The translations under genes and the position numbers were made by a program. 64,000 nucleotides of DNA, from positions 427,335-491,334 of the forward strand of contig JALMLS010000065.1 in the NCBI GenBank assembly GCA_038496445.1. The letters run 5' to 3'. Positions 63,063 to 64,000 of this stretch are shown here, in pieces. The notes under the pieces were generated by a model that made no database searches, was not told the origin of the DNA, and saw only the letters and a list, made by a program, of their open reading frames with translations. The stretch is from Trichosphaerium sp. ATCC 40318 (taxonomy: Eukaryota > Protista > Tubulinea). How positions within the stretch are numbered: position 1 is the first letter of the stretch; every line of letters begins with the position of its first letter.

Positions 63063-63590
63063 TTAGGGGTTAAACCCTAGGGTTAGGGTTTAGGATCTAT
63101 GCTGTTGCTAAACAGCATGTAGGCAACGTACGTTGCCGATACTTATACATATAGTACTATGTAACAGTGCGAAGCACTGTGTAGAAATATATCGCGAAGC
63201 GATATATTATAGGGTCACAACGACAACATTCTGTAGCGAAGCGGCAAAAAAGCGAAAAACTCATAGAATACAACAATTTGTAGCGAAGCGGCACGCATGC
63301 GGGACCTAAAGTGGAATGCATTATGTAGCGAAGCGGTGCGCATACAGAAATAATAGTGGAATGCATTTTGAAGTGAAGCGCCATATTGCAAACCCTAATG
63401 CGAAAAAAAATTCAAAGAAATCCAAGATACTGTAGCGAAGCGGTACGCATGCGACACCTAATATCGGATGCATTATTCAGCGAAGCGGCATGTATGCGGT
63501 GCCTAACAGTGGAATGCATTTTGAAGCGAAGCGCTTCATGCGAAAAAACTGATAGAATCCAAGATTCTGTAGCGAAGCGGTACATATGCG
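63063..63590. repeat. Telomere-like tract, palindrome cluster and ~46-bp tandem array built on GCGAAGC
   Basis: TTAGGGGTTAAACCCTAGGGTTAGGGTTTAGG 63063-63094; GCGAAGC at 63169, 63194, 63236, 63283, 63328, 63435, 63480, 63526, 63572. Confidence 0.85.
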
Positions 63591-63617
63591 ATTCTTAATA
63601 TCAATTTTGTAGTGAGG

Positions 63618-63812
63618 TAAATTACTTGGTATCGATAAAATGCATAGCATTTTTTCGAATAACATTGGTTGATATAAAAAAAATATCAACTATTTTATAT
63701 TTTGTAGTGAAATGGTATCAAAATATGTATAAAATAAATTATTTGGTATCGATAAAATGCGTAGCATTTTTTCGTATAGCATTGGTTGATATAAAAAAAT
63801 ATCAACTATTTT
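63618..63812. repeat. Two direct copies of a ~78-bp AT-rich unit (period ~117 bp), each containing a GTTGATAT/ATATCAAC hairpin
   Basis: AAATTA(C/T)TTGGTATCGATAAAATGC(A/G)TAGCATTTTTTCG...GTTGATATAAAAAAATATCAACTATTTT occurs twice. Confidence 0.85.
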
Positions 63813-64000
63813 AGAAATGGAAAAATAGTAAATGGTTAATATTTATTTTTTTAATGATTATTTATGGTAAATATTAGGAACAAGAGGTATTTATAGAGAG
63901 ATGGTAGTTATTATAAGGTTGGTTTGATGGGTAGGCACAGAGCTGACTAAATGGAAAAAAAAAAAAAGAAGAAGGAAACTTTTTGAATTATAAAACACAA

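Noticed and set aside
62092-63814. Short ORFs in the terminal repeat island as a transposase or Rep
   Set aside because: All under 90 aa, no DDE, HUH or RT motifs, and derived from repeats.
1-64000. Prokaryotic-style systems (operons, CRISPR arrays, defence islands)
   Set aside because: The DNA is eukaryotic and spliceosomal-intron-rich; the regular repeats at 1-640 and 10950-11550 are in-frame coding repeats without unique spacers.

Overview
Eukaryotic, AT-rich, gene-dense genomic DNA from an intron-rich protist. An amoebozoan-like origin is inferred from gene content only. Introns are mostly short GT-AG with GTACGT/GTATGT/GTAAGT donors, so the ORF track shows exon fragments; I rebuilt the gene models by eye and some boundaries are approximate. 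About 22 protein genes: a 21-aa LRR tandem-repeat gene (5' end outside the window), two tandem cytochrome P450 paralogues, a WrbA-type quinone reductase, three F-box+MORN-variant genes (one a pseudogene), a 2OG-Fe(II) oxygenase ending in CaaX, a DUF268 protein, a cytidine deaminase, NDUFS5, a large ankyrin-Sec7-PH-lipase fusion, a CBM48 protein, a putative GPI-anchored beta-propeller, a bHLH-ZIP factor, an RBM24/38-like RRM protein, UXS1, ABCF2, Sec16 and a large secreted pseudoprotease/VWD/EGF protein. The last 2.6 kb is a non-coding repeat island with telomere-like repeats and an array of GCGAAGC mini-hairpins. The most interesting signals are: (i) an unannotated cluster of structured RNAs at 15.7-16.5 kb (an H/ACA-like hairpin with a predictable 18S target, a 188-nt rod with a Y-RNA-like end, and a 114-nt RNA closed by GUUGAC/GUCAAC); (ii) an Arf-GEF fused to an apparently intact class-3 lipase; (iii) the hairpin/telomere-repeat island; (iv) two MITEs found by comparing the P450 paralogues.
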